The translations under genes were made by a program, and so were the position numbers. DNA of 46,808 bases from positions 78,432,542 to 78,479,349 of the forward strand of contig NC_068991.1 in the NCBI RefSeq assembly GCF_001194135.2, given 5' to 3'. Positions 24,261 through 36,270 of the stretch are shown here, in pieces (the first letter of the stretch is position 1; each line of letters begins with the position of its first letter). This DNA is from Octopus bimaculoides. Its lineage: Eukaryota. The notes under the pieces were generated by a model. It was not told the origin of the DNA and did not search any database. It was given only the letters and a program-made list of their open reading frames with translations.

Positions 24261-24494
24261 GAAATATGATTAATGTAATGTAATGTAGTATAAAGCTGAA
24301 GCAAATTAACACCAAATATATAGTGCGTGTGTTTTTAATGGCTAAAGTGGCAACATGACCATCCCCAAGTACAACATCTGTTTCAACACACGATTTCACA
24401 TCAAGAATCTTGCAAAACAAATATATATATATATGAAGACACTGTACTGCCTTCAAAATAATTCTTTCTAATTTTACCATAATACGAGCAATAT

Positions 24495-24668
24495 TGAGGG
24501 GGGGGGGAAGCGATTTGATTGCATCAACCCCAATCATTGAATGATACTTTATTTTATCGACCCCGAAAGGATGAAAGGCAAAGTAGACAGCGATGGAATT
24601 TGATTTCCGAACGTAACATACTGGAAGAAATCTCGCAAAGCATTTTGTACGACGCGCTACTGTATTCA
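24495..24668 (-). mobile_element. SINE family A, degenerate
   Basis: ttttatcgaccccgaaaggatgaaaggcaaagtagac (reverse complement of the family body). Confidence 0.75.
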
Positions 24669-25569
24669 TAATTATAAAACGGAAGATATGTAGAATAATG
24701 TGCTCATTATTATGCCTGAATATCAGTGGGCTGGTCATGGCTAGCATGCTTTCGAAAGAACAGCAACCACAAAATAAACTTTCTTTTCTCTTTCAATAGG
24801 AGCACAGGTGTGCACAGAATAGTGTACATTCGTTGATAATGAAACAATTGGCAACATGTTTAAAGTACCTATTTCTATGAATTTTAATTAATCTAGTCTT
24901 TATTGATTCGAATTAAATTACGTTGAACAGTTCTTGATAAAACGAAACAGGCAAGGATGGACACTTTAACATAGAAACAGATATTGAAATGATGTGACAT
25001 CAGCTGGGTCCTATTTAATAAATAATTATAATTGGAAATAGGAAAAACAAGGCAGTGGTAGTGGTGAGCAAGGAAGAGCGAATATAAACATAAAATGTCA
25101 ATAGTTTTAGAGAGAATTTGTTGATCGCGCGCTCACACTCAGACTCAAATAGTATATACGTGTAAACATACGTACTCGCTCAAATTGTTGTGTTTTAACG
25201 ACATAACCAATTCAAATAAGAGTAGACTTACTTGTGACTTATTAATCAGATGGCCATTACTGGAAAACAATAAGTAAAAGATAATCTAACAATTGAATGG
25301 AAGTAACTCAATGCATTGCATTTCCCATTTTAAAACGTACAACATAAATTATTTTACGCGTGAACAGTATCAGGGGTAGACAAGCCTCATGTTTCGATGG
25401 CATTATTCAAGCCAATAAGAGAGATTATAAAATTCTGTATCTTATTGGTTTGTTGTTATAGATTTATCAGCTTCTGAAGGTGACTCACTTGGAATAGGCT
25501 GCTCAACTAAACCGGGCATCGTTGGTTCTCTCCAGTTTGGTTCATAAGACGGATTTGCTGTTTTCTAAA

Positions 25570-27720
25570 TTGATTATCAACTTCTTTTGATGATTGGATG
25601 TATCATCGGTTTTTCCCGTATTTCTTTGCAGTTGTTATCTCAACCGCATACGATCCCGGTTTATCACTTTTGTCTTTGGTGGTTGCTGGTATTCGTGTTT
25701 TGTTATTTACCTGTCCTCCTACGTAAATTACTTAGTTCTAATGACGTGTGTGATTTTCCTGCGTGTTGGTCGTAACATTTCTTTATCGATCTTTGCTACT
25801 CAGCATGCCCATTCTAAACTCCTGATAGATTTTCTTCACGAGAGTACAGTAGCTGATGTGATGTAGGTAGCGTTGTCCTCAAACGGCAATTCATAACGAG
25901 TTCTGCATGTGATTTGCCAACCCTGGCTATTAGAGATTTTATAAACTAACAATACCAGACAGCGGGGTCTTTGTTTTCCTCTCTACATTCTTTTAATTTG
26001 TGTTTTCATGGCTGTCGTTGCAACCTTAGTTTGTCCAATCGATTGTTGGAACCTTAAACTGGATATGATATGGTGAATATTCCATGATTTGCAAAATTTT
26101 AAAAATTCTTAAGTAGATAATTGTAAAATATTATCTGAAATAAGAATACCTGGTATTCAATGTTTGGCAAACACTTATTTCATTACTGTTAAACTGGTTT
26201 TAACATTACGCCAACAAATTGGGAGTATCATTCAACAATAACTATGTCATCATCCACCAACCTCTGGCCAAAGATATTCTCGGATCTCATCAGATAGTAA
26301 AAGTTCTTTAGAGTTGTCTTTCCTGAATTTGGTAAACATAATACGCTTTCAAGTGCTTCCTGAATTTATATATTCATGCCAGGCCGAAACACCATATTTC
26401 TCGCTCCCTGATAATTCTTAACAATGTTTCGGTGTGAGTGAATGAAGGACGATTTATTCCGTCACTTATGAAAAGCAGTTAGTTGTGATATGCCATTTCA
26501 TCACGGAACTCCCAATATGGTTTTACTGATGGTGGATATCCCTTTCTTAATTTTCACATTTAACATAATGTCACGTAGCGTCGTCAGACTAATATTTTGA
26601 CAGGTTGCAGTCTGAAACTGCTCCAGTTTTGTTGTCAACATCAAAAGTGAGCTAATAACATCAACGTTCAGCAATTTAACAAGAGGGTGACCCTTATACT
26701 CCTTTAAGAATGCTCTAGAGAGAGAGTATCGGCTATTGGCAAATCCTTCCCAGAGTTGTTCGTGATTCTGAGATCAAATCTTTGCAAGTGGTGTGAGTAG
26801 AGACCAATTCTTCTGGATTTGGGATCAGTTTCCAGCGAAGCTGTCTTTCTGTACATATAGTCATGGGACCGTCTGCAACCAAAGACTGACGAAGAGTTCC
26901 TTCTCTAATTGCAAGTTACTCTGTTTTGGGGTTCCGTTAATGTACATGATGCATATGTAACAGAATGATCTTCTTGTAGACTATATCATTCTCTTAGACT
27001 AGATTTAGAGCTGTCTACCGAAAGTATAATGGATTTCTTGACACATCAAAACTTTACGACTGGAACTTTTGTTATGAATTCCTTCAATTTCTCAAAATTC
27101 TTCCTGTGTGTATAGTTCCATGTGAATTCTTTGGTAAGCTCCCATAATGGAGCTGAAGCGTTAGATAACCCAGGAGTAAATTTTGCAACATACTTGACCA
27201 TTCCTAAAAATCTGCAGAAGTACGTTTGGCTTGTTTGTGGGTTGTGGCATCTTAACAACTGTTCGCACACATTCTGGATGAGTGAGGGTGTGACCAACAC
27301 AACTAAATTTTCATCTTTGTCGATTTTTGTTTTGTTAGGGTTTAGTTTAATTCCTGTTTGAACTCTTAAGTTAAAAACTTATTACAGTCTCCTGCCTTTG
27401 GAACTACCCATCACTAGTATGTCGTCAACAATGACTTTGCACAAATTCCTTCAAGGATATTTCCCATAACTCATTGTAAAATGTTCCCTGAGCTGCATAA
27501 CCCAAACGGTAAGTAGAAGTGACATCTGCCAAACAAACGTATTCGTCATACAGTTTTACACTCTCTTCGTTCAGGTCTTTCGGCCAGTAACTGTGTCATG
27601 CATGAAATTTGCTGTTTGCGCGAACATTTTTAGCTGTGACAGTTAACGATGCTCACGCACAACAATTTTGTTACTGTTAATTGGATCAATGCAAATCCTA
27701 ATGATCGTTTTGTACTGCGA
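25570..27720 (-). mobile_element. Decayed Ty3/Gypsy LTR-retrotransposon pol remnant (RT, RNase H, integrase); no LTRs recognised
   Basis: Minus-strand fragments in Gypsy order: IRICIDP, NKIVVREH, YWPKDLNEES, LPFGLCSSG, VIVDDIL (RT); RFLGMVKYVAKFTPGLSNASAPLWELTK; DLPIADTL (RNase H); PGILISDNI...SWNIHH (integrase core); AELVMNCRLRTTLP; KCYDQHA. Many stops and frameshifts. Confidence 0.88.
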
Positions 27721-28069
27721 CTATTGAATTGATTTTAGTTGCCCTTGAAATAATGGATGTTAATTATATAAACCTAAAATAAGTGCATTATAGAAACATG
27801 TGTATAATAGTTATTTAAATTAATCCTTTTAAATGTTATATTACTCTATGAACATTTTACGATATGAACAGATTAATTAATGAGTAAAAAGAGCTTTGTC
27901 ATAATTGTTTGGGTCTGAAAGCATTTTGATACATTTTCTCAGCGATATTTACACTATAGAAGTACATAAACACATACACACATAAGTGCATACATTATTT
28001 ACTCTGCATAAGTATGTATGTGTATAAGTACATGCACACGCGCGCGCATGCATGTATTTGTATATGCGA

Positions 28070-28761
28070 CTGGCTTCTTCTCCTTCTTCTCCTCCTCCTC
28101 CTTCTCCTCCTCCTCCTCCTCCTCCTCCTCCTCCTTCTTCTTCTTCTTCTTCTTCTTCTTCTTCTTCTTCTTGGATTGTATTTCTTTTCTTTTTCTTCCT
28201 CTTTCTATATGGTTGTGATGCATGTGCCTGGTGTACACATATCAGTCGGGTTGTCATGATGGGTATATTGGGCTTCGTATATTTTACCCCAGTGTCACTT
28301 TGATGGTATGCACCTCTCTCTCACTCAGTAATATATGGGTATTCTATATGGGTATCTATAATTGTTATCTCTGGCCTATTGTTTCCTAATTTCTTGTCCG
28401 TTTGAATCGGAAAGTCCGACAAAATCTTACATTTCTCCAACTCTAGTACTCTTTCGATTCAAGGATTGTACCTTGTGTTTCCAGTTTCAAAACTCCATTT
28501 CTGGCACGGTCTCCAGTGTAAAATTTTTACGACTTGGTCGTGCCTCCATTTATATATTCTTCCTGTGCCAAATTGGGGCATTCTTCTTCTTCTTCTTCTT
28601 CTTCTTCTTCTTCTTCTTCTTCTTCTTCTTCTTCTTCTTCTTCTTCTTCTTCTTCTTCTTCTTCTTCTTCTTCTTCTTCTTCTTCTTCTTCTNNNNNNNN
28701 NNNNNNNNNNNNNNNNNNNNNNNNNNNNNNNNNNNNNNNNNNNNNNNNNNNNNNNNNNNNN

Positions 28762-28820
<59 letters not shown>
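28070..28820. repeat. Trinucleotide arrays (TCC)n(TTC)n at 28070..28170, (TTC)n at 28581..28692, (TTA)n at 28762..28820
   Basis: Direct reading. Other triplet arrays: (GCT)/(GTT)n at 8966..9025 and (GTT)n at 29560..29625. Confidence 0.95.
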
Positions 28821-28822
<2 letters not shown>

Positions 28823-28943
28823 TGAGTGAGAGAGAGGTGCATACCATCAAAGTGACACTGGGGTAAAATATACGAAGCCCAATATACCCATCATGACAAC
28901 CCGACTGATATGTGTACACCAGGCACATGCATCACAACCATAT
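28207..28943. repeat. Perfect 127-bp inverted repeat (28207..28333 / 28817..28943)
   Basis: No mismatch found on manual comparison. Confidence 0.9.
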
Positions 28944-29377
28944 GTGCGCGACATGGTGATCTCATATCAAGATAAACAGCGCATGACTTTGCAAGTGGGA
29001 CCCAGTTAGAATTTTCTTCAGGTCGAGTAGCCCATCCTGCTCCAGAGGTCCCTGAATAAAGTTTGTTTAAGGATGTTGAACAAAACACCCATGTTTCCAA
29101 AGGTGAATTATTCAAACCCCAAAGAATTCCTCTCAACACATGGCTACGATGCTCCTCCACTACTTCTGCTCATGATCAGAGATGCTCATATCGTCAGACA
29201 CTAAGAGACATTCTCAACTGGTTAAGGTCAAACAACCGACAAGCAAATCTGTGGTATTGAGCAGAATATTTGCTGTGGCTTATCTTTTATACTAAGACAA
29301 AACCATGTACATGATAACACTTCCAATCAGTTAAGATCAGAAGCCATCAGAGCCACTGCCTGATACTGCATCAGGGC

Positions 29378-29380
<3 letters not shown>
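28817..29380. mobile_element. About 560-bp non-coding interspersed element inserted in an (ATT)n microsatellite; class unresolved
   Basis: Complex sequence bounded by (ATT)n on both sides. Terminal hairpin tgcctgatactgcatcagggca just before the right (ATT)n. Its first 127 bp recur inverted at 28207..28333. Confidence 0.6.
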
Positions 29381-29408
<28 letters not shown>

Positions 29409-29558
29409 TTTTAATGCTTTCCTTTCATTATAACTTTATTTCAGTTACCTTAGTACCGGATGTCTTCTGAAGGCTAAGAGTAGCAAGGACACTTTTGTGT
29501 TGCTATGCACCACATTCATTCCATTTTAGATGGAGAGTGCTTTCCGTATTATCACCAT

Positions 29559-29625
<67 letters not shown>

Positions 29626-29878
29626 ATTATTGTCGTCGTTAGTTGAATTTCAAATCATTAATCCTATTTCGATTAGAGAGGAAACAGAATCAACTTTCTA
29701 AAACTAAAAGAAAAAAATGTACTCAGAATTTTGGGTCCTTCACTTTTTACCGTAACATTTGCTCTTACGGGAAAACCACACAGAAACGCGCGCGCGCGCG
29801 TATGCATGCAGTATGGCCGCAGTCAAATGACTTAAAGAAATAAAAGAATATACGCACACACACACACACACACATACA

Positions 29879-29912
<34 letters not shown>

Positions 29913-30130
29913 CATATATACATACATACGTGTGTGCGTGTGTGTACAGTATGTATGATTCCCGCCATTGTATTTATATACTCCTGCATCCTCACAAACA
30001 TTAAAATGCTGTAATACGTATCGAAGTTGAGTTAACGTATGGGTATAACGAATGGTTTGCGTCGCGCAGTCAGGTAATCCGTACACCTACCAACACACAC
30101 ACACACACACACACAGATGCATTGACTGTT

Positions 30131-30530
30131 TCGTCTTTTACTTGTTGCAGTCTTGTACTGTGGCCATGCTGGGGCACCGTCTTGAAAGGTTTAAGTCGAA
30201 AATATTGACCTCTGTGATCATAGCAAGTCCGGTACATGTTCTATCGGTGTTTTTTGCCTAACCAACAAGGTAGAGGGACGTAAAAAAACTAACATGGGTT
30301 GTCATATAATTGTGCGGGGGAGGGGGTAAACACAAGCATACACACGCGCGCGCACACGCACGCACACATGCGCGCACACACGCCCATACTTCGCGCACAC
30401 ACACACACATACGACGAGCTTCTATACAGTTTCCATCTATCAAATTCCCTCACAAGATATTGGTCAATCCAGGACGGTAGTAGAAGACATTTCCCTAAGA
30501 AGCTGCACAGCGGGACTGAACATGGAACCG
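30131..30530 (-). mobile_element. SINE family B, degenerate, with internal CA/CG microsatellite
   Basis: actgtggccatgctggggcaccg...cagtttccatcta...gtagaagacattt...gggactgaac. Confidence 0.75.
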
Positions 30531-31542
30531 GGTTGCCGCAAAACGACCAAATACACATCAAGAGAAGATACACATCGTAATACAAACATATACGGACTAA
30601 AACATCCACACTCACACACACATACGCACAACCTTAACATTTATTCACTTTTAACAGAAGCAGCACTCGCGTGCGCACACACATGCACACCCACACATTT
30701 GCCTCTTACATACACACCACTTGTGCCCTAACACTCACGTACACTAACACACACACACACACACAACTTCATGTCTGTTCATTCATTCATTCATTCATTC
30801 ATTCACAAACATACGCTCAACAGAAACAACACAAACAGTTACAGAAACACTGAAGAAACTCTCACATTCGCATTGCACACCTTCATTCATAACTAACGAA
30901 CAACATATATGCTCTGATATACTTTTTGAAACACACACCCAAAAATTATATATATATATATATNNNNNNNNNNNNNNNNNNNNNNNNNNNNNNNNNNNNN
31001 NNNNNNNNNNNNNNNNNNNNNNNNNNNNNNNNNNNNNNNNNNNNNNNNNNNNNNNNNNNNNNNNNNNNNNNNNNNNNNNNNNNNNNNNNNNNNNNNNNNN
31101 NNNNNNNNNNNNNNNNNNNNNNNNNNNNNNNNNNNNNNNNNNNNNNNNNNNNNNNNNNNNNNNNNNNNNNNNNNNNNNNNNNNNNNNNNNNNNNNNNNNN
31201 NNNNNNNNNNNNNNNNNNNNNNNNNNNNNNNNNNNNNNNNNNNNNNNNNNNNNNNNNNNNNNNNNNNNNNNNNNNNNNNNNNNNNNNNNNNNNNNNNNNN
31301 NNNNNNNNNNNNNNNNNNNNNNNNNNNNNNNNNNNNNNNNNNNNNNNNNNNNNNNNNNNNNNNNNNNNNNNNNNNNNNNNNNNNNNNNNNNNNNNNNNNN
31401 NNNNNNNNNNNNNNNNNNNNNNNNNNNNNNNNNNNNNNNNNNNNNNNNNNNNNNNNNNNNNNNNNNNNNNNNNNNNNNNNNNNNNNNNNNNNNNNNNNNN
31501 NNNNNNNNNNNNNNNNNNNNNNNNNNNNNNNNNNNNNNNNNN

Positions 31543-31609
<67 letters not shown>

Positions 31610-32085
31610 GCACATACAAACACATACACAGATTCATAAATACATGTTTATAAATTGCTATGAAAACAGAGCAAAAAGGTTGGTTGGTTAAAAAAAAAAA
31701 AGTCCGGCTCCTGCTAGAACTCGTTATTATCTAAGATATTTCACGTGTAGACACAGCCTTGTTGCTGCTACTACAGCAAACAGCGCAACGACTATACAAC
31801 TTTTTCCCGTGCGATTTTCACAAATTTATTAACTTAAAAGTATTTATTTATTTATATATTTATTCATTTATAGTTCTATTTTATTTGTGTGTTAATTTAT
31901 TGCTTATTTTGCATGTTTTTGTTGTTAATTTATTTTTCTGTTTCTTTTTCTCTCTGTACTTGCGAGTTGCTGTATATGTTGACCATATTATATACATAAA
32001 AAAAAGCAAAAAATAACAAAACACCTTGCCGATATGTTGCTGTTCTAAGCTCTCTCTCTTTCTCTCTCTTTCTCTCTCTCTCTCC

Positions 32086-32119
<34 letters not shown>

Positions 32120-32123
32120 TTCC

Positions 32124-32183
<60 letters not shown>

Positions 32184-32238
32184 NNNNNNNNNNNNNNNNN
32201 NNNNNNNNNNNNNNNNNNNNNNNNNNNNNNNNNNNNNN

Positions 32239-32307
<69 letters not shown>

Positions 32308-33001
32308 TTCTCTTTCTCACACACACATGCTTTGTTGATTCATTGTTCATATGTTGCGATATAATACAACATACATACTTATTTACCCGTACGGTATGTT
32401 GACAAGGTATGCGATTTATAAATATATATATATATAACTGCTGATAGGTTTTGATATACATAGAAACATACGTACATACATAGATATAAACATATATACA
32501 TACAAACACATATACAGACACACTAATAATGTTTGGTTGGCACGTGAGATATATCTATCTACATTTACTGGTACGTTTGTATGCTGGTGAGATATAGGCT
32601 GTTTTCTTTGGACTGGATACAAAAGCACTATTATATATGTTTTTATTTACTTATATATTTATTTGTGTGTGAATTGAATTGATAGACATTCGTCAAATGA
32701 ATCAACTTCGTTATATTACTGATATTTATTTCACGGATGGAAATTAAACTTTCAACCGATAAGCAGGTTTTTATATGCAAAACAGACAAGGAAAAAATTT
32801 TAATACCGCTGAAGAATTGAACTCGAAATTTCGCTGTTTGATCTACCCACACCACCGCCACTTATACAGAGCGTGTGAGTGTGCGTGCGTGTGTGTGTGT
32901 GTGTGCGGTAGAAAGAAAGTGTGTGATTGTGTGTAAGTGTATGTGTATAAAGAGAATGATATTCGTTTATTAAACAACAGTTCCGATATGCTGATATCAA
33001 C

Positions 33002-33893
33002 ATGGTTAATGTAAAAAGTCAAGGTTTCGGAGCATTTTCAATAATGAAGAAATTTTTGTTGTTGATTGTCAGTTACGATACTTTCGGTGGGGGTACAGGT
33101 GTGACAGGTGTGGCAGGTGTGACAGGTGTGACAGGTGTGACAGCAACCACTGTAACAATAGCGATGGTGAGACCTACAAGAGGCCGAAACTCCAGTGGCT
33201 ACCATCTGAATAGCAATAACATCACCGGCACCATCAGCAGGAGCAACAATAAAAATAACAATAAAAACAACCAGAACAGTATCATCATCATCGCCAACAA
33301 CAACAACAACAACAGCAATGACAGTGTCGATAATAGCACGGGCGATGGAGTCGGTTTTGAAGCTGGAAGTTTAGGTTACCATGTCAACGGTGAACAGCGA
33401 CCCCTGAACCAACGCCAGCAGACAACTCACAATGACCACCATTATTCTTATCACCGCCGACAGCAGAAACGCCGCAACAACAACAACAACAACAACAGCT
33501 ACCACCATCCTTATGTGTACGATAATCTTTTTGACGATGTGGATAACATCAGCGACATCGGGGACAACAACAATAACAATATTAGCAACAACAACACTAA
33601 TAATAAACGCAACCAAACAACGTCGAATCGAAACTTTAAACATTGGATTACGGACATTCGGATACCGTTTTACATCATAATCTTCATACTGGCCGTTGTT
33701 GGTAACTCTTTGGTCATCCTTACCCTTGTCCAAAATAAGCGCATGAGAACCGTGACCAATGTGTTTTTGTTAAACCTCTCCATCAGTGACCTTCTCCTGG
33801 CAGTTTTCTGTATGCCCTTTACACTAATACCTACTATAATGCAGGACTTCATTTTTGGGAAAACTGTTTGTGTTTTGATACGATATTTACAAG
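33002..33893 (+). CDS. CCKR: First coding exon of a cholecystokinin/gastrin/sulfakinin-receptor-like rhodopsin-family GPCR (about 218-aa N-terminus, TM1, TM2, start of TM3); remainder of gene not in window
   Basis: ORF encodes IRIPFYIIIFILAVVGNSLVILTL (TM1, GN motif), the loop QNKRMRTVTNVFLLNLSISDLLLAVFCMPFTL (TM2, CCK-receptor-type signature), then DFIFGKTVC (TM3 Cys). ATG at 33002 is in aacATGg context with an in-frame TGA at 32957-32959. The exon ends at a canonical donor AAG|GTAGGT (33893/33894, phase 1). Family assignment is from motif recall; orthology is not proven. Confidence 0.9.
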
Positions 33894-33959
33894 GTAGGTG
33901 ACGTTGATTTCTTTATTTCTTGCTAAAAGTGGATTGGAACGTAAAATGTGATTTAGTAA

Positions 33960-34110
33960 TACTTTTTTACTTTTTGAATTCTGAGTTCGAATATTACTGA
34001 GGTGGATTTCGCAGTTTATCCTTCTGAAAATCAATAAAATAAAGTACCAGCTAAGAATTGGGTCGATATAATCGATTGCACACATTACCCAAATTTGAGT
34101 CCCTATGTGT
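33960..34110 (+). mobile_element. SINE family A, 5'-truncated, in GPCR intron 1; another fragment at about 35043..35132
   Basis: tctgagttcgaatattactgaggtggatttcgc...aaaataaagtaccagc...gggtcgatataatcga. Confidence 0.7.
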
Positions 34111-36071
34111 ATGTCAGAAAACAATGTGGGTGTTTGTGTATTTTATTGATTTAATGATTTCTAAATACATTTTTACATCTGTGGTCTGTAATGTTTTGGG
34201 TCAGAGTTATGTGTGCACATCTATGACCGGGTCAAAAAGGTCGTTTGTTCATTGGCTTCTCTGTTAAATGAAAAGATACAATATGTCATGTCTGTCTTTG
34301 TTAATCGCAGTTATAATGTTCAAATATTTGATTTAAATGCTTTGTGGTTTGTACATTATATGTTTGGATCAAAGTTTACAGTGAATAGATATAAATGGTT
34401 CTACTCCAGATTTCATGTCCGTAAATGACCAGCTCAAATATTCGGTTTGTGAATTAAATGTTGGGATCAAAATATTTTGCGAGTTAAAAGGTTTTACACT
34501 AAGAACGCTGAGATATTGCATTAAGAATTAAGGATTAAATTCTAAGTGAGTTTTAAAGTTTGAAGCATTTATTTTTGTACATTGTAAACCTTGATCCAAA
34601 CGTTTAACACTAAATCATAAACCAATTGTTTAAAGCTTAACTGCTATTGTTTGAAGTTTAATGTAAGCTTCAAACTCGGTTTTGTTGCTTTTTTGATATT
34701 TGAAGCCATTAAGCACAGAATCAGGTGGAAAGAGACAGAAAAAAAGAAAGAAAATAATAGACAAAAATGGATACGAATGATGCCCATAACATTTCGTATC
34801 CTGTTATTGGAGAAGAAACAAAAAATGGTTGCTATTCCTGAACTTGTTTTTGTTCTGTATTGGACAAAATGCTTTTGATTTTGTTACAGAAAATGATGGA
34901 TTTATTTGTGGGTATTAAGTGTTTGATCAACAATTAGAACTCAACAGTAGAGGCAGAGCGATCTCTTGTAAATATAAAGGAAATAATGATCACATTAGTT
35001 TAACATCAGACTGATTGGTAGATCGATATCTACGTATCTATAAGCTGGCGAGTTGGCATACTCGTTAGAACTTCAGGTCCGATTTCTTGTAGTCCGTCCG
35101 AGCTCAACTTTGTCTTTCATCCTTTCGCGATCGTTTGATATATATACATACACATACATACATACAATTGAAGCGTGGAAGATGTTTGTAAGCCATTCAA
35201 GAACGCACAAAAACCGTTAGTATCTTCAACATTTAAATTTTATTTGTGTCAAAATATTTTCGTCGCTTTTAAAACCACGACCTCTTCAATGACATTACTT
35301 TGTGCTGCATCTGACAATATATATNNNNNNNNNNNNNNNNNNNNNNNNNNNNNNNNNNNNNNNNNNNNNNNNNNNNNNNNNNNNNNNNNNNNNNNNNNNN
35401 NNNNNNNNNNNNNNNNNNNNNNNNNNNNNNNNNNNNNNNNNNNNNNNNNNNNNNNNNNNNNNNNNNNNNNNNNNNNNNNNNNNNNNNNNNNNNNNNNNNN
35501 NNNNNNNNNNNNNNNNNNNNNNNNNNNNNNNNNNNNNNNNNNNNNNNNNNNNNNNNNNNNNNNNNNNNNNNNNNNNNNNNNNNNNNNNNNNNNNNNNNNN
35601 NNNNNNNNNNNNNNNNNNNNNNNNNNNNNNNNNNNNNNNNNNNNNNNNNNNNNNNNNNNNNNNNNNNNNNNNNNNNNNNNNNNNNNNNNNNNNNNNNNNN
35701 NNNNNNNNNNNNNNNNTATTAGTAGGGGCGATTATTTTGTTGTTCGTCTTCCTTTTCTTATATCTCGCTTTCATTTTCTCTCCAAAAGAAATCGGTTGTG
35801 TTCTAGAGAGGGATTTTGAACTCTGTCCGATTAAAGATTCCCCAGATGCGTTGCATTTCATGAAAAAGCCCCTACAACAACTTTATCAGGAATTAAACCG
35901 CTTGAACTCGTGAATCTACGACTTCTTACATGACTCAGTAAAAAGGAAGCCGGCTGCTTACAACTTGATGCATTACAAGAAACCATATGATATAATCATA
36001 CGTCAATGTCATCTCTCTTACCTATTGGTTAATGAATAACATTTACATGATTAAAGAATATTTACAACAGG

Positions 36072-36238
36072 GCGCAGGCATAACTGTATGGTTAAGAAGC
36101 TTGCTTTGCAACCACGTGGTTTTGGGTTCGGTCTTACTCTGCAGCACCTTAGGCAAGTGTTTTCTACGGTGGCACTGGGACGACCAATGACTCGTGCGTG
36201 AATTTGGTTAGCGGAAACTGTGTGGAAGCTCGTCGTAT

Positions 36239-36270
<32 letters not shown>

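Larger units (their letters stand above)
23699..24328. repeat. Fold-back: about 270-bp inverted repeat (23699..23971 / 24059..24328) with 87-bp spacer, probably PLE pseudo-LTR derived
   Basis: Arms align as reverse complements with about 9 substitutions plus indels in micro-repeats. Each arm contains a hammerhead-like motif. The left arm abuts a gap. Confidence 0.9.

Noticed and set aside
29095-29200. Minus-strand CUGACGA ... GAAAC in the (ATT)-embedded element
   Set aside because: No pairing to close stem II and a G at the cleavage position.
32808-32840. CUGAAGA...GAAAUUUC upstream of the GPCR
   Set aside because: No credible stem I or stem II.
33500-33545. Acidic Tyr patch (YVYDNLFDD) as a tethered sulfated CCK-like ligand
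   Set aside because: Lacks the C-terminal (G/W)xxF-amide motif and amidation signal of CCK/sulfakinin peptides.
33371-33852. Antisense and alternative-frame ORFs over the GPCR exon
   Set aside because: Shadows of the AAC-rich coding frame; no independent motif.
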